From an uncultured Fibrobacterota bacterium (GTDB lineage Bacteria; Fibrobacterota; Chitinivibrionia; Chitinivibrionales; FEN-1185), in the NCBI GenBank assembly GCA_963729895.1, contig CAVSQB010000005.1:1-64000 (forward strand): a stretch of 64,000 bases of DNA, written 5' to 3'. Position 1 is the stretch's first letter. Each line of letters opens with the position of its first letter. This document shows positions 17,701 through 26,876 of the stretch, piece after piece. Made by a program: the position numbers and the translations under genes. The notes under the pieces are model-generated. The model was not told the origin of the DNA. It did not search any database and was given only the letters and a program-made list of their open reading frames with translations.

Positions 17701-20418
17701 TTCGACAAGGCGAACGACTGGCTGAGTTCGTTTGAGACCGCCTCGTCGCCGGTGACGTGGAGTCTTGTTGAACAAACGGGAAATACGGATGTGCCGACCG
17801 GAACTCTGGCTCCGCAAGCCGGAGACCAGACCTCGCTCAACGCGACCAAGGCGGGGAACACCATACTTGTCATTGCCGCCTTCAGCCAGAACGGCCAGAC
17901 CTACCGGGACTCGATCAGGGTGACGGTGGTTCCCGGAAAACCGGATCATTTGTCGCTGGAACCCACGGCTGACGCGTCCGCGTCGCCGCACAAGGACAAC
18001 CCCGAAGACTCCGTGCTGATCGCCGGGAATGCTACCAACGCATTTGTGTACGCGGTGATACGGGACAAGTACGGGAACTTCATCAGCGCATCGCAGAATA
18101 CCGGGTGGTTGAGCCGCGACACGTCGGTGGTAACTGCGGGTGACGGCCAGAAGAGCCTCGGCCAGGGCGTGATAACAAGGAACCCCAACGGCGTCAAGAA
18201 TCAGTCGATGATAGTGGCAACGAGCCTTAACTATCCCGGGTTGACTGATTCAACACTGGCGATAGTGCTCAAGTACTATTATACGGCGCTCAGGATTGTG
18301 GATGCCCATGGGAACACCATAACGAGCCTCACGATGAACACGAACCAGGATACGACATTGATCATGCAGGGCCTGCGTTCCGATGGCGGGGGGTGGGAAG
18401 ACGTGCCCGGTACATGGCAGGCCACGTCCGGCCTGACAACCACGCCGGCTGCGCCGAGCAATGTGAGCACCTGGTCCTTTTCGCCGGATAAACCGGGAAC
18501 CGGCGTCATTCGTGTGACGTACGGGACCGATACGGTCACCACCAAACCGGCTTCCATCAATGTGACGTTTACGGTGGGTCCGCCGATCTCGATTGCCACG
18601 CAGATTCTCACCCCGCCTGACCAGCGCATTGCGGGCGACACGATTGTTGCCGTAACGAGCATTATGAACAAGGACGGCCTGGTGCCAGGCCAGTGGTGCG
18701 ACAGCACCACCTACCAGAACGCGCTGGGCGCCGGCGGATCGCGGCCGAACCCTATTGTCAAGAGCGGCGACACCACGGTGAACATGGGCAAAAGCGTGTA
18801 CGAATGCTTTGAGAATGGTGTTGACACGGTGAAATACGTTCTGTACTATGCTCCGCTTGACAAGGACAGCACCGAGAAGGTGATGGTGACGATGAAGGGG
18901 CTGAGCGCCTCGTCCGATCCGTTTGTTTTGAATCCCGGACCGCTCAGCCGGATTTCGCTTCAGGATTTCAATGGAAACAATCTTGATTCGATTCACCTGA
19001 ACTATCCGACCGACGCAAAGGAGATCGTGGCGATCGGCTACGACGTCTACGGCAACGAACGCGGCCCGGAGAACAGCAACTGGACAACGAGCGGGACCCT
19101 GCACCCAATCGATCAAGCCACGGATGTTTCGCGGGTGTATTACGAATCGAGCGGGGCCAAGGGGAACGAGAATGGGTATATCACGGCCACGGCCACGGGC
19201 GTCGGCGGCAAGCCGGTGAGCGACAGCGTGGAGGTTGCCATAAGCGGTCCGCTGGCGAATCTGGTGTCCGCAGTAACGCAGGATTCGTCCGGCGACGGGT
19301 ATCTCGATCATATCATTTTGCACTTCGACAAGCCGACGTCCTTTCCGCCGGGGGCGCAGATCACCATTACGTCCCCTGGCGGCACCTATGTGCTGCCGTA
19401 TTCAAGCGTACGGGGCCAGTCGTCCGACACCGACACGGTTTTTGTGGTGACGCTGGTTGAGCCGAAGAACGGGGACCCGGACTACGGCATTCCCGAAACG
19501 GGCTGGAAGCCGTCGATTACGATCACGGGCATGACCGGGGCGAAGCCGGTGACCAACTACGTGGCCGCCGACGGGGCCGGCCCGGTGATATGGAGCATTG
19601 TCAAGACGATCAGTTCGCCGTCCGACCGGACGCAGGACGAGGTGACCGTGACGTTCAGCGAGCCTATCGGGACGGGCGGGAATAATTTCAACAAGTTGCT
19701 TGCTCCGGGGAGCATATTCCTGGTGTGGGAGCAGACCACCACCGCATCGGGCGCAGACACCATGATACAGGTGAACGCCTTGTTGGACAGCATTGCAGAC
19801 TTTTTCCAGGTGTCACCCGACGGTATGACGGTAACGTTTTACATGTCGAACGGCAAGGACCTTACGTCACGGGATTATCTGAGCCTGGTGTCGGACACAG
19901 TGGGGAAGCCGATAACGGATTTGTCGCCGCTGGTGAACTCGCCGATCTTTGCAAACCAGAAGGTCGAGGTAACGGTGAAGAGCGAGCCTGCGCGCGCAAT
20001 CGTGGTGGTTCCGAACCCGTCGGGTCCCACGTTCAATCGTGAAGGCCCCGGCGTGCTTAACCTGGCCTACCAGCCGAATGCGCGGACATGGGTGAGGCAG
20101 GACGGAGCGGGCACAGTGCTCACCTTCAAGCTTGCACCGGCAACCGGACAGAAGATAACCGGGTACCTGATGATATACGACGTTGTGGGTAACCTGGTGA
20201 ACTCCGCGCAAGCGCAGAACGGTATAACACCGCCGAGCTGGGTATCGTCGGATTCGAGTGCATACGATTTCGATATTTACTGGAACGGCTCGAACTCGCG
20301 AGGCATGAAAGTGGCGCCCGGCGTGTACCAGACCATGTTGTATCTCAAGTACGAGGACCTGGCATCAGGAAGCTCGCGTACAAGCAAGCTCACCGGCGCC
20401 GTCGGCATCGTGAGGTAA
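14719..20418 (+). CDS. Fibro-slime domain surface protein 3
   Basis: Signal peptide [44 protein letters not shown]; three stalk units; FlgD/T9SS-like C-terminus; AAAGGA SD. Confidence 0.93.
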   Translation: [1899 protein letters not shown]

Positions 20419-20452
20419 GCCTGCGCATCTGAAAAGACACGTCCAAGAACGA

Positions 20453-20487
20453 AAAGGCCGCGACCCGGTATTCAGGGCGCGGCCTTT
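20453..20487. terminator. Probable bidirectional terminator between convergent genes
   Basis: AAAGGCCGCG...CGCGGCCTTT. Confidence 0.7.
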
Positions 20488-20506
20488 GTCATGAGGAGGA
20501 GAGGTA

Positions 20507-20920
20507 TTACAACTTATCGATAAACTGTTTGGAATCGGCGCACGTTTCGAGTTCGATGCGCAGGTTAAGAACATCGTCCCTGGTTATGAAATTTGTATAC
20601 GGCAGAAAGGTTTCCGGCTGGGCGAAGCATTTTCCGGCCCGGGCCGCCCGTGCAAAATGCCGGGAGCCGCCACGGGAACATTTTGCCCCGGGCTGTTCTT
20701 TTGAGATGCTGTGCAGTATTTTGAGAACGGTGGTGTCCTGCCGGCTGTTTCGTATGCTTTCGATCTGGCGCCTGTTGAGCACAAAACATCGTGTCCTGTA
20801 ATAGATGAGGGGAATTGTACACAAAGGACAATTCAGGATAACCATTGAGGCATTGTTGCTCAGTAAAACTTCAAACGTCTTTTTGCAGTGCGGACATTCG
20901 ATAGCAAGTGTTTTGACCAT
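20507..20920 (-). CDS. Hypothetical zinc-ribbon protein
   Basis: CPHC...CPLC at the N-terminus, conserved-looking C-terminal ITRDDVLNLRIEL. Confidence 0.75.
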   Translation of the reverse strand: MVKTLAIECPHCKKTFEVLLSNNASMVILNCPLCTIPLIYYRTRCFVLNRRQIESIRNSRQDTTVLKILHSISKEQPGAKCSRGGSRHFARAARAGKCFAQPETFLPYTNFITRDDVLNLRIELETCADSKQFIDKL

Positions 20921-21005
20921 TGTGAATCGCTCGTTCTTCCTGTTGTTTGGTGAGTGGAATCCTTTCTCTTCAATTGTACCACGACAAGACGGGTAAGTCA
21001 AGAAG

Positions 21006-21938
21006 ATGATTCAAGAAGCAAGCTCGCCCAAGAACCCGCTCGAAACGCTCGACAGTGAAATAGGTCACCTCATTTCCGTCACAAAAAGGGCGCTTAAGCG
21101 CGTAAGAACAAAGATGTTGAAACAGGAAGAGGAACTCAAACAAGCGCAGCAGTATCCGCATTTTACGCAGGTTGCAGATTCCCTTCTGGCGCATCCGGAA
21201 CAGGTGCGACGCGGCGCTTCCACGGCCCTGCTTGAAAACATCCACACCCAGGAAAAAGAAAACGTGGCGCTCAATCCTGCGCAATCCGCTTTTGTCAACG
21301 CGGGAACCTATTACAAGAAAGCCCGAAAGGGAAGGCGCGGTTTGTCGATAATCGAACGGAGACTCGAGGAAGCGCACGGCGACGAATCAGAGTTGCTTCG
21401 GATTGCACAGGATCTCCAGACGCTCCGCTCCGGTGATACGCCGGCTCCGCCGGACCTTCAAGACCGGCTGGCGATGCTTCGCGGATCGTTGCAGACCATG
21501 GGTGTTCTTCCCAGACGGGAAACGGCAAAAACGCCCGGCGGGGAACCTGCCGTGCCGTACAGGCACCTTGAACTTGACGGATGGGATATTTACATAGGAA
21601 AAAACGACAGTCAAAATGACGAGCTTTCCACGCGCTTCGCTCGGCCGTGGGACATCTGGATGCACGCCGCGGCGTGCGCCGGATCGCACGTGGTGGTCCG
21701 CAGGGACAAAAGCGCGCCCTGGCCGCCCAAGGACCTCCTGCTCAAAGTGGCGTCGTTTGCCGTCTGGTTCTCCAAGGCGAAGCACACGTCGTACGCGGAC
21801 GTCAATATGACCGAAGCGCGGTTCGTGCGCAAGCGCCGGCATGCGCCGCCGGGCGAGGTGATTGCCGAGCGGTGCAAAACGTTGCGCGTTTCTCCCCGGT
21901 CGCCGCAGGAATTCTTCGGGGGCGATTTCGATAAGTAA
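21006..21938 (+). CDS. NFACT-R (DUF814) protein, short RqcH/FbpA-like
   Basis: NAGTYYKKARK coiled coil, IGKNDSQNDELS, DIWMHA..CAGSHVV and AVWFSKAK. Confidence 0.88.
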   Translation: MIQEASSPKNPLETLDSEIGHLISVTKRALKRVRTKMLKQEEELKQAQQYPHFTQVADSLLAHPEQVRRGASTALLENIHTQEKENVALNPAQSAFVNAGTYYKKARKGRRGLSIIERRLEEAHGDESELLRIAQDLQTLRSGDTPAPPDLQDRLAMLRGSLQTMGVLPRRETAKTPGGEPAVPYRHLELDGWDIYIGKNDSQNDELSTRFARPWDIWMHAAACAGSHVVVRRDKSAPWPPKDLLLKVASFAVWFSKAKHTSYADVNMTEARFVRKRRHAPPGEVIAERCKTLRVSPRSPQEFFGGDFDK

Positions 21939-22024
21939 AGAACGCGCCCCGGATTGCCGACAAAGTCCTTGCGGCCCGGCACACCCGGTAGTATTTTAAG
22001 TACGAATCTTCCGACACGAACGAT

Positions 22025-22101
<77 letters not shown>

Positions 22102-22146
22102 ATAAAACAAAAAGGCTGGTCATTCGACCGGCCTTTTTGTTTTATT
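22102..22146 (+). terminator. Rho-independent terminator after tRNA
   Basis: AAAAAGGCTGGTC-ATTC-GACCGGCCTTTTTGTTTT. Confidence 0.85.
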
Positions 22147-22265
22147 CGACAGTGTGGGAGTGGACGAAGTCCGTTGTTCAAAAGCCGCAGGCGAAGCCAA
22201 GGCTTGCGCGGGTGCGACCGCTTTGAAGGTTGACGAGCGAAACCTTTGAGTCCGGAGGAATTATT

Positions 22266-22640
22266 ATGAATCCAGCACAGTTGCCTTTTCTGGTAGAAGG
22301 AATTCTGATTCTTGTTGCCATGACTTTTGGCATTCTTCTCAGCCGGAAAGGAAAACCTTACGGCAAGGTGAAACTGGCGGTCCATCTGTTTTTCTTTGTG
22401 TGGTTCACCACGGGTTTTGGTTTTATCCTCCATGGCCTTTCCAAAGGTTCTGTAACGAACGTAACCTGGATCCCGGTCTCTTTGATGGGTTTGACGATAA
22501 TGACTCAATTTGTGTCCGGCATAGTGATGATTGCTTCCAGGAAAGCCGGAAAAGTAACGCCAAAGATTCACTTGGCGTCAGCGCTAGTGCTGCTTTCCTC
22601 GGATACCTGCGCTTTTTTCATCACAGGGTTTCGCCCTTGA
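22266..22640 (+). CDS. Small multi-pass membrane protein, unknown function
   Basis: GGAGG SD; about four hydrophobic segments with His residues. Confidence 0.7.
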   Translation: MNPAQLPFLVEGILILVAMTFGILLSRKGKPYGKVKLAVHLFFFVWFTTGFGFILHGLSKGSVTNVTWIPVSLMGLTIMTQFVSGIVMIASRKAGKVTPKIHLASALVLLSSDTCAFFITGFRP

Positions 22641-22769
22641 TTTTACAGATTTCATTTCCGCAGCGGCATCGGGCTTGTTGGTTCTTCATGTCCAACCTAT
22701 ATTTCATGAGTACCTTCGTATCGATACATTTACACAGAAAAATCTTCAAAGCTGGAAGGGGTTAACGTT

Positions 22770-23186
22770 ATGGCGCAGCTTCATCCGTATTTGACCCTCA
22801 GTGGGAACTGCCGCGAGGCGATGTCATTTTATAAGGAGTGTTTGGGAGGAAAATTAAAAATGCAGACTGCCGGAGAATCTCCCGCTGCATCTCAGATGCC
22901 GAAGGAATATCACAACAATATCCTCCACGCCGTCTTAGAAACAGATGGTTTCACCCTTATGGCATCCGATATGATTGCTCAGGGGAATCTGGTCAACGGA
23001 AACACGGTGACACTCTCTCTGGTGTGCAAGACCAAAGAAGAACTTGAAACTTGTTTTACAAAGCTCTCGGTCGGCGGAAAAATCGGACATCCATTGACAA
23101 AACAATTCTTCGGGACTATTGGAGACCTTACCGACAAATTCGGCTTTCGATGGATGTGCGTCTTGAACACCGAGATGCCAAAGTAA
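22770..23186 (+). CDS. VOC family protein (PhnB-like)
   Basis: PYLTLSGNCREAMSFY, ILHAVL, LMASD and DKFGFRW. Confidence 0.9.
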   Translation: MAQLHPYLTLSGNCREAMSFYKECLGGKLKMQTAGESPAASQMPKEYHNNILHAVLETDGFTLMASDMIAQGNLVNGNTVTLSLVCKTKEELETCFTKLSVGGKIGHPLTKQFFGTIGDLTDKFGFRWMCVLNTEMPK

Positions 23187-23251
23187 GTCCTTCTCAAAAA
23201 AGAAAGGGCATAAAGAGTCATAGCACGTTCGCACAGAAAGGATAAATAATC

Positions 23252-23722
23252 ATGCCTACAAAAACCATCAGACTTCACCGTGTACTTCGTGCAAACCCTG
23301 AAAGGGTTTATCGGGCATTCCTCGATCCGGATGCAATGGCAAAATGGCTTCCGCCCTATGGCTTCACCGGTAGGGTTCACCATTTGGAGGCAAAAGTTGG
23401 AGGCGCCTATAAGATGTCGTTTACTAATTTTTCAACTGGTCATAGTCATTCTTTTGGCGGGGAATATCTTGAACTTTCGCCTAATCATCGTATTTGTCAT
23501 ACCGATAGGTTCGATGATCCGAACATGCCCGGCGAAATGAAGACGACAATTACCATGAACCGGGTTTCATGCGGAACCGAGTTGAACATCGTGCAGGAAG
23601 GAATTCCCGAAGCCATTCCTCCGGAGAACTGCCACCTTGGATGGCAAGAATCGCTTTCACTTCTTGCGAAGCTTGTCGAGGCAGAAATTCCTGCAACGGC
23701 TCCCTCAAGATCCTCACCTTGA
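23252..23722 (+). CDS. SRPBCC/AHSA1 family protein
   Basis: RVLRANPERVYRAFLDPDAMAKWLPP...GWQESL. Confidence 0.92.
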   Translation: MPTKTIRLHRVLRANPERVYRAFLDPDAMAKWLPPYGFTGRVHHLEAKVGGAYKMSFTNFSTGHSHSFGGEYLELSPNHRICHTDRFDDPNMPGEMKTTITMNRVSCGTELNIVQEGIPEAIPPENCHLGWQESLSLLAKLVEAEIPATAPSRSSP

Positions 23723-24084
23723 TAAAACATATAATAGTCATCAGCTGAATCTGTTCGGTGGCCCCGAAAAGCTTTTGCCATCTTGGGATCCTTTATCTTC
23801 TTCTTAGTTTCCAATTTGACCGTCTTGCGCCAGTCATGAAAAGGACGAATAGGAACTCCCGCCAGCTTTTCAATGCTTACGAGCTTGCCATCCGGACCCT
23901 TACACTTCAGGAGCTTGTGGGCCGGGTTCTGCCCTGGTTTGAGGCGACAAAAAATGCCGTCGCAACGACGACCGTCTAGGCGTCGGTCATTTACTTTTTG
24001 GTAGGCCTTCGAACTCCCTTGTTGCGGCCCGTTTGGGCAGCATGTAGTTTATTATTAGCATATGCCAGAAATCAGAGGGACACA

Positions 24085-24534
24085 ATGCCGCGACCCTGCA
24101 AACTAAGACGAGTGAGCTGTAATGCTCAGGTGGCCAGCTTTCGCCCTGCGGGAATTCCCAAGGGTGAGCTGAAATCGGTATCGCTTTCGCTCGATGAATT
24201 CGAAGCCATACGCCTTGCCGATTTTGAGGGACTCTATCAGGAACAGGCCGCTGGTAGGATGAAAATCTCCCGCCAGACATTCGGCAACATCATCACATCC
24301 GCCCATCAAAAGGTCGCGGATTTCCTTCTGAATTCAAAACGCTTGTCCGTAGAGGGAGGAACTGTCGAGATCGCGGCATGCCGCTTCATCTGCAACAGAT
24401 GTCGGCATTCCTGGTCGATTCCGTGCAGTGCGGAAAGGCCGACCGAATGTCCGCAGTGCAAAGGGAATGAGTTCTGTTGTTCAAAAAAGATCGGAAAAGG
24501 GAAAAACATTCAAACCTGTTGGAGGCAAAAATGA
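24085..24534 (+). CDS. DUF134 (UPF0251) DNA-binding protein with C-terminal zinc ribbon
   Basis: MPRPCKLRRV, LSLDEFEAIRLADFEGLYQEQAA.RMKISRQTF, CNRC/CPQC. Confidence 0.92.
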   Translation: MPRPCKLRRVSCNAQVASFRPAGIPKGELKSVSLSLDEFEAIRLADFEGLYQEQAAGRMKISRQTFGNIITSAHQKVADFLLNSKRLSVEGGTVEIAACRFICNRCRHSWSIPCSAERPTECPQCKGNEFCCSKKIGKGKNIQTCWRQK

Positions 24535-24896
24535 AAATTTGTATGCCTGTGCTTGAAGCAAAGGGAATGGAATCGGTGGTGTATGGTCATTTCGGCAGCG
24601 CACCGTGTTTTGCCATGTACGATACCGAAACGCGTGGCGTGGTGTTTTCGGAAAATAAAGAGGCCGAACATGAGCATGGAAGCTGCATGCCGGTTGATGC
24701 GCTGCGGACGATGGGCGCAGAAGCCGTGTTATGCAGGGGCATGGGATTTAGGGCCGCGAACCATCTTATGGCGGCCGGAATAAAGCCGTTTCTTGTGGAG
24801 GCGGAAACCATTGCCGAGGCAATCGGCAAGTATAAAAGCCGGGACGTCCGGGTGCTTGACGAGAGCACATCGTGCCATGTACACGACTGCCATTGA
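24531..24896 (+). CDS. NifB/NifX family FeMo-cofactor-binding-like protein
   Basis: GHFGSAPCF, HEHGSC and GMGFRA; ATGA overlap with DUF134. Confidence 0.9.
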   Translation: MKICMPVLEAKGMESVVYGHFGSAPCFAMYDTETRGVVFSENKEAEHEHGSCMPVDALRTMGAEAVLCRGMGFRAANHLMAAGIKPFLVEAETIAEAIGKYKSRDVRVLDESTSCHVHDCH

Positions 24897-25091
24897 CATA
24901 GGCTGACAATCATTGAAGAAACGTACATTTGTTCCGTCCCGGGTAAAACGACAGGTGAGGGAAATGCGTCATTTGCAAGACAAAACAGGGCTGCGGCCGA
25001 GGGTAAAAAAAACGCAAGAGCGGAGCGAAAAACGGATATCATGAACGGGCTATTTCTTGAAAGTTCTATCAACGTAAACGAGGGGGCGAGC

Positions 25092-26093
25092 ATGAACGTT
25101 TGCAGTTATTTCGGGAAGGCGGCGATTGCCGTAGGTGTTGCCGTCTGTGGAATCGGTTTTTGGGGAGCGGCGAGCGGGGCGGATACCGTGCAGGTGAATA
25201 TCAAGTCCCTGCTCAATGCTCGTTCCGTAACGACATTTTCGAACGGGAAATTGTATACCTGGACTCGAGGTATAGACAACAATGGGTATGGTGACGGCTA
25301 CGGCACCCATTCCGCGGCAGTTTTTATAAATTATACCGGGCATACGCTTCCGGACAGCGCGCGATATCCGGCCAATTTCAATCATCCATTGATGATATTG
25401 AATTTTTCCAACTCGGACAGCACCGACTTCCAAACGCATTTCCTTTCCGGTTCGGATTCCGTCACAATCCCGGTACCCCAGGGAAGTTACTCGGGGCTCT
25501 ACTTTGCCTTGATGAGTTCGGAAGGGTCGACAGTAATCAAGGTTGTACTCAACTATTCGGATGGTCCGGTGATTTCCACCTTCACGCTAAATGATTATGA
25601 TCAACCTCTCGCTACGGGTGTTTTCCATGTCGACTCCAACATGCAAAAGTGGAGCACTACGAATGTTCCGGTCGACAACTACGGTCATAACCTCGACGGT
25701 TATTGCGTCACGACGAATTCAGCAAAGACTCTTGACAGCGTCAAGCTTGTAAAAACTACAACGGGAAGCTACGTCACCCTCTGGGGCGTCACCGGTGTGG
25801 GCAGCACTATAGTCACATCCGTATCGCAACAGGCTGCAAAAGCCTCATCTGACGCGGTTCGCTTTCTCAACGGCCGCGACGGCAGGATTCAATTCTCAAA
25901 TGTGAAGGCTGGTGCGGAACTGTCGGTGTACTCGCTGAGCGGCGTAAGGGTCGCTCGTGCTGTGTGCTCCGGCCAGGGAACGTTTACTCTCGGCGACCAT
26001 GGCTCCGACGCCATGGTAACTCCCGGCGCATATATCTGCGAATTGCGGCAGGGGCAACACACGCAACGGATGCAGGTCGTGGTGCCTCGCTAG
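25092..26093 (+). CDS. Secreted protein with C-terminal T9SS/FlgD-like domain
   Basis: Signal peptide; carbohydrate-enzyme accessory-like beta domain (IPVPQGSYSGLY...NYSDG); C-terminal VYSLSGVRV...PGAYI. Confidence 0.75.
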   Translation: MNVCSYFGKAAIAVGVAVCGIGFWGAASGADTVQVNIKSLLNARSVTTFSNGKLYTWTRGIDNNGYGDGYGTHSAAVFINYTGHTLPDSARYPANFNHPLMILNFSNSDSTDFQTHFLSGSDSVTIPVPQGSYSGLYFALMSSEGSTVIKVVLNYSDGPVISTFTLNDYDQPLATGVFHVDSNMQKWSTTNVPVDNYGHNLDGYCVTTNSAKTLDSVKLVKTTTGSYVTLWGVTGVGSTIVTSVSQQAAKASSDAVRFLNGRDGRIQFSNVKAGAELSVYSLSGVRVARAVCSGQGTFTLGDHGSDAMVTPGAYICELRQGQHTQRMQVVVPR

Positions 26094-26118
26094 GCGCCTG
26101 ATATTGGCATGTGAGGGC

Positions 26119-26306
26119 ATGGAAATCCGCACGGTGCTCGATGTCGGCACCGGTACGGCGATTTTCGCCGAGGCCTTTGCCGTGCCGGCCTTGTTATAAC
26201 TGGAATTGACATAAGCGAATAAATGCTTGCCGAAGCTCGACGGTTTGTTCCTTACGGTGATTTCAGGCTTGGGAGCGTGGAGAAAATTCCATTTCCAGAT
26301 CAACCC
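26119..26306 (+). pseudogene. Class I SAM-dependent methyltransferase remnant
   Basis: VLDVGTGTAIFA, then a frameshift, then GIDISE*MLAEARR...GSVEKIPFPD with an in-frame stop. Confidence 0.8.
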
Positions 26307-26444
26307 GTTTGCGAATGGGATTCGGAACTTTTGTGATGATGATGGGGTTGTATATCATGTACAGCGCGGGAAAGATGATCAAATGGGCTGCGTACCGCAG
26401 CTGTGTTTTTCAGCAGACGAACTACCCGACGGCATACGGTGTCT

Positions 26445-26840
26445 TCACGAGACCGTCTTAAACCCCATGCTGTTCCAGCTCAAAATCCCCCCGTTCAGAT
26501 TTGCGAGTTTGGTGAAACCGTTCTTTTTAAGGATGTGGCATGCCGTAGTGCTTCGCGAACCGGCACGGCAATACACCAGGATCTGCTTATCCTTCCAACC
26601 GGTGACTTCACCGATCCTACCTTCAATTTCCGAAACGGGAAGCGGCTTTGCTCCCTTAATATGGCCTCCCTGAAATTCCTGCGGCGTGCGAACGTCAAGT
26701 ATCAAGACGTTGGACTCCTTAATCAGGTCCTGCGCCACGGTGGCGTTGACTGACTTGATTCCTTTGCTGGTAACTCTGTTGTAAACAATGTAGATAACAA
26801 CAATCGCGACTGGAAAAATCACCAATCCAAGTTGATGCAT
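26445..26840 (-). CDS. Membrane-anchored rhodanese-like protein
   Basis: N-terminal TM segment; LDVRTPQEFQGGHIKGA, YCRAGSRS and LNGGILSW. Confidence 0.93.
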   Translation of the reverse strand: MHQLGLVIFPVAIVVIYIVYNRVTSKGIKSVNATVAQDLIKESNVLILDVRTPQEFQGGHIKGAKPLPVSEIEGRIGEVTGWKDKQILVYCRAGSRSTTACHILKKNGFTKLANLNGGILSWNSMGFKTVS

Positions 26841-26876
26841 GACACAAATCCTTTCTTTGAAGACTTCAAGCCCTCG

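Noticed and set aside
9994..19323. Long antisense ORFs (688, 561, 357 and 344 aa) opposite the fibro-slime genes
   Set aside because: Expected shadows of GC3-rich coding sequence; composition not protein-like
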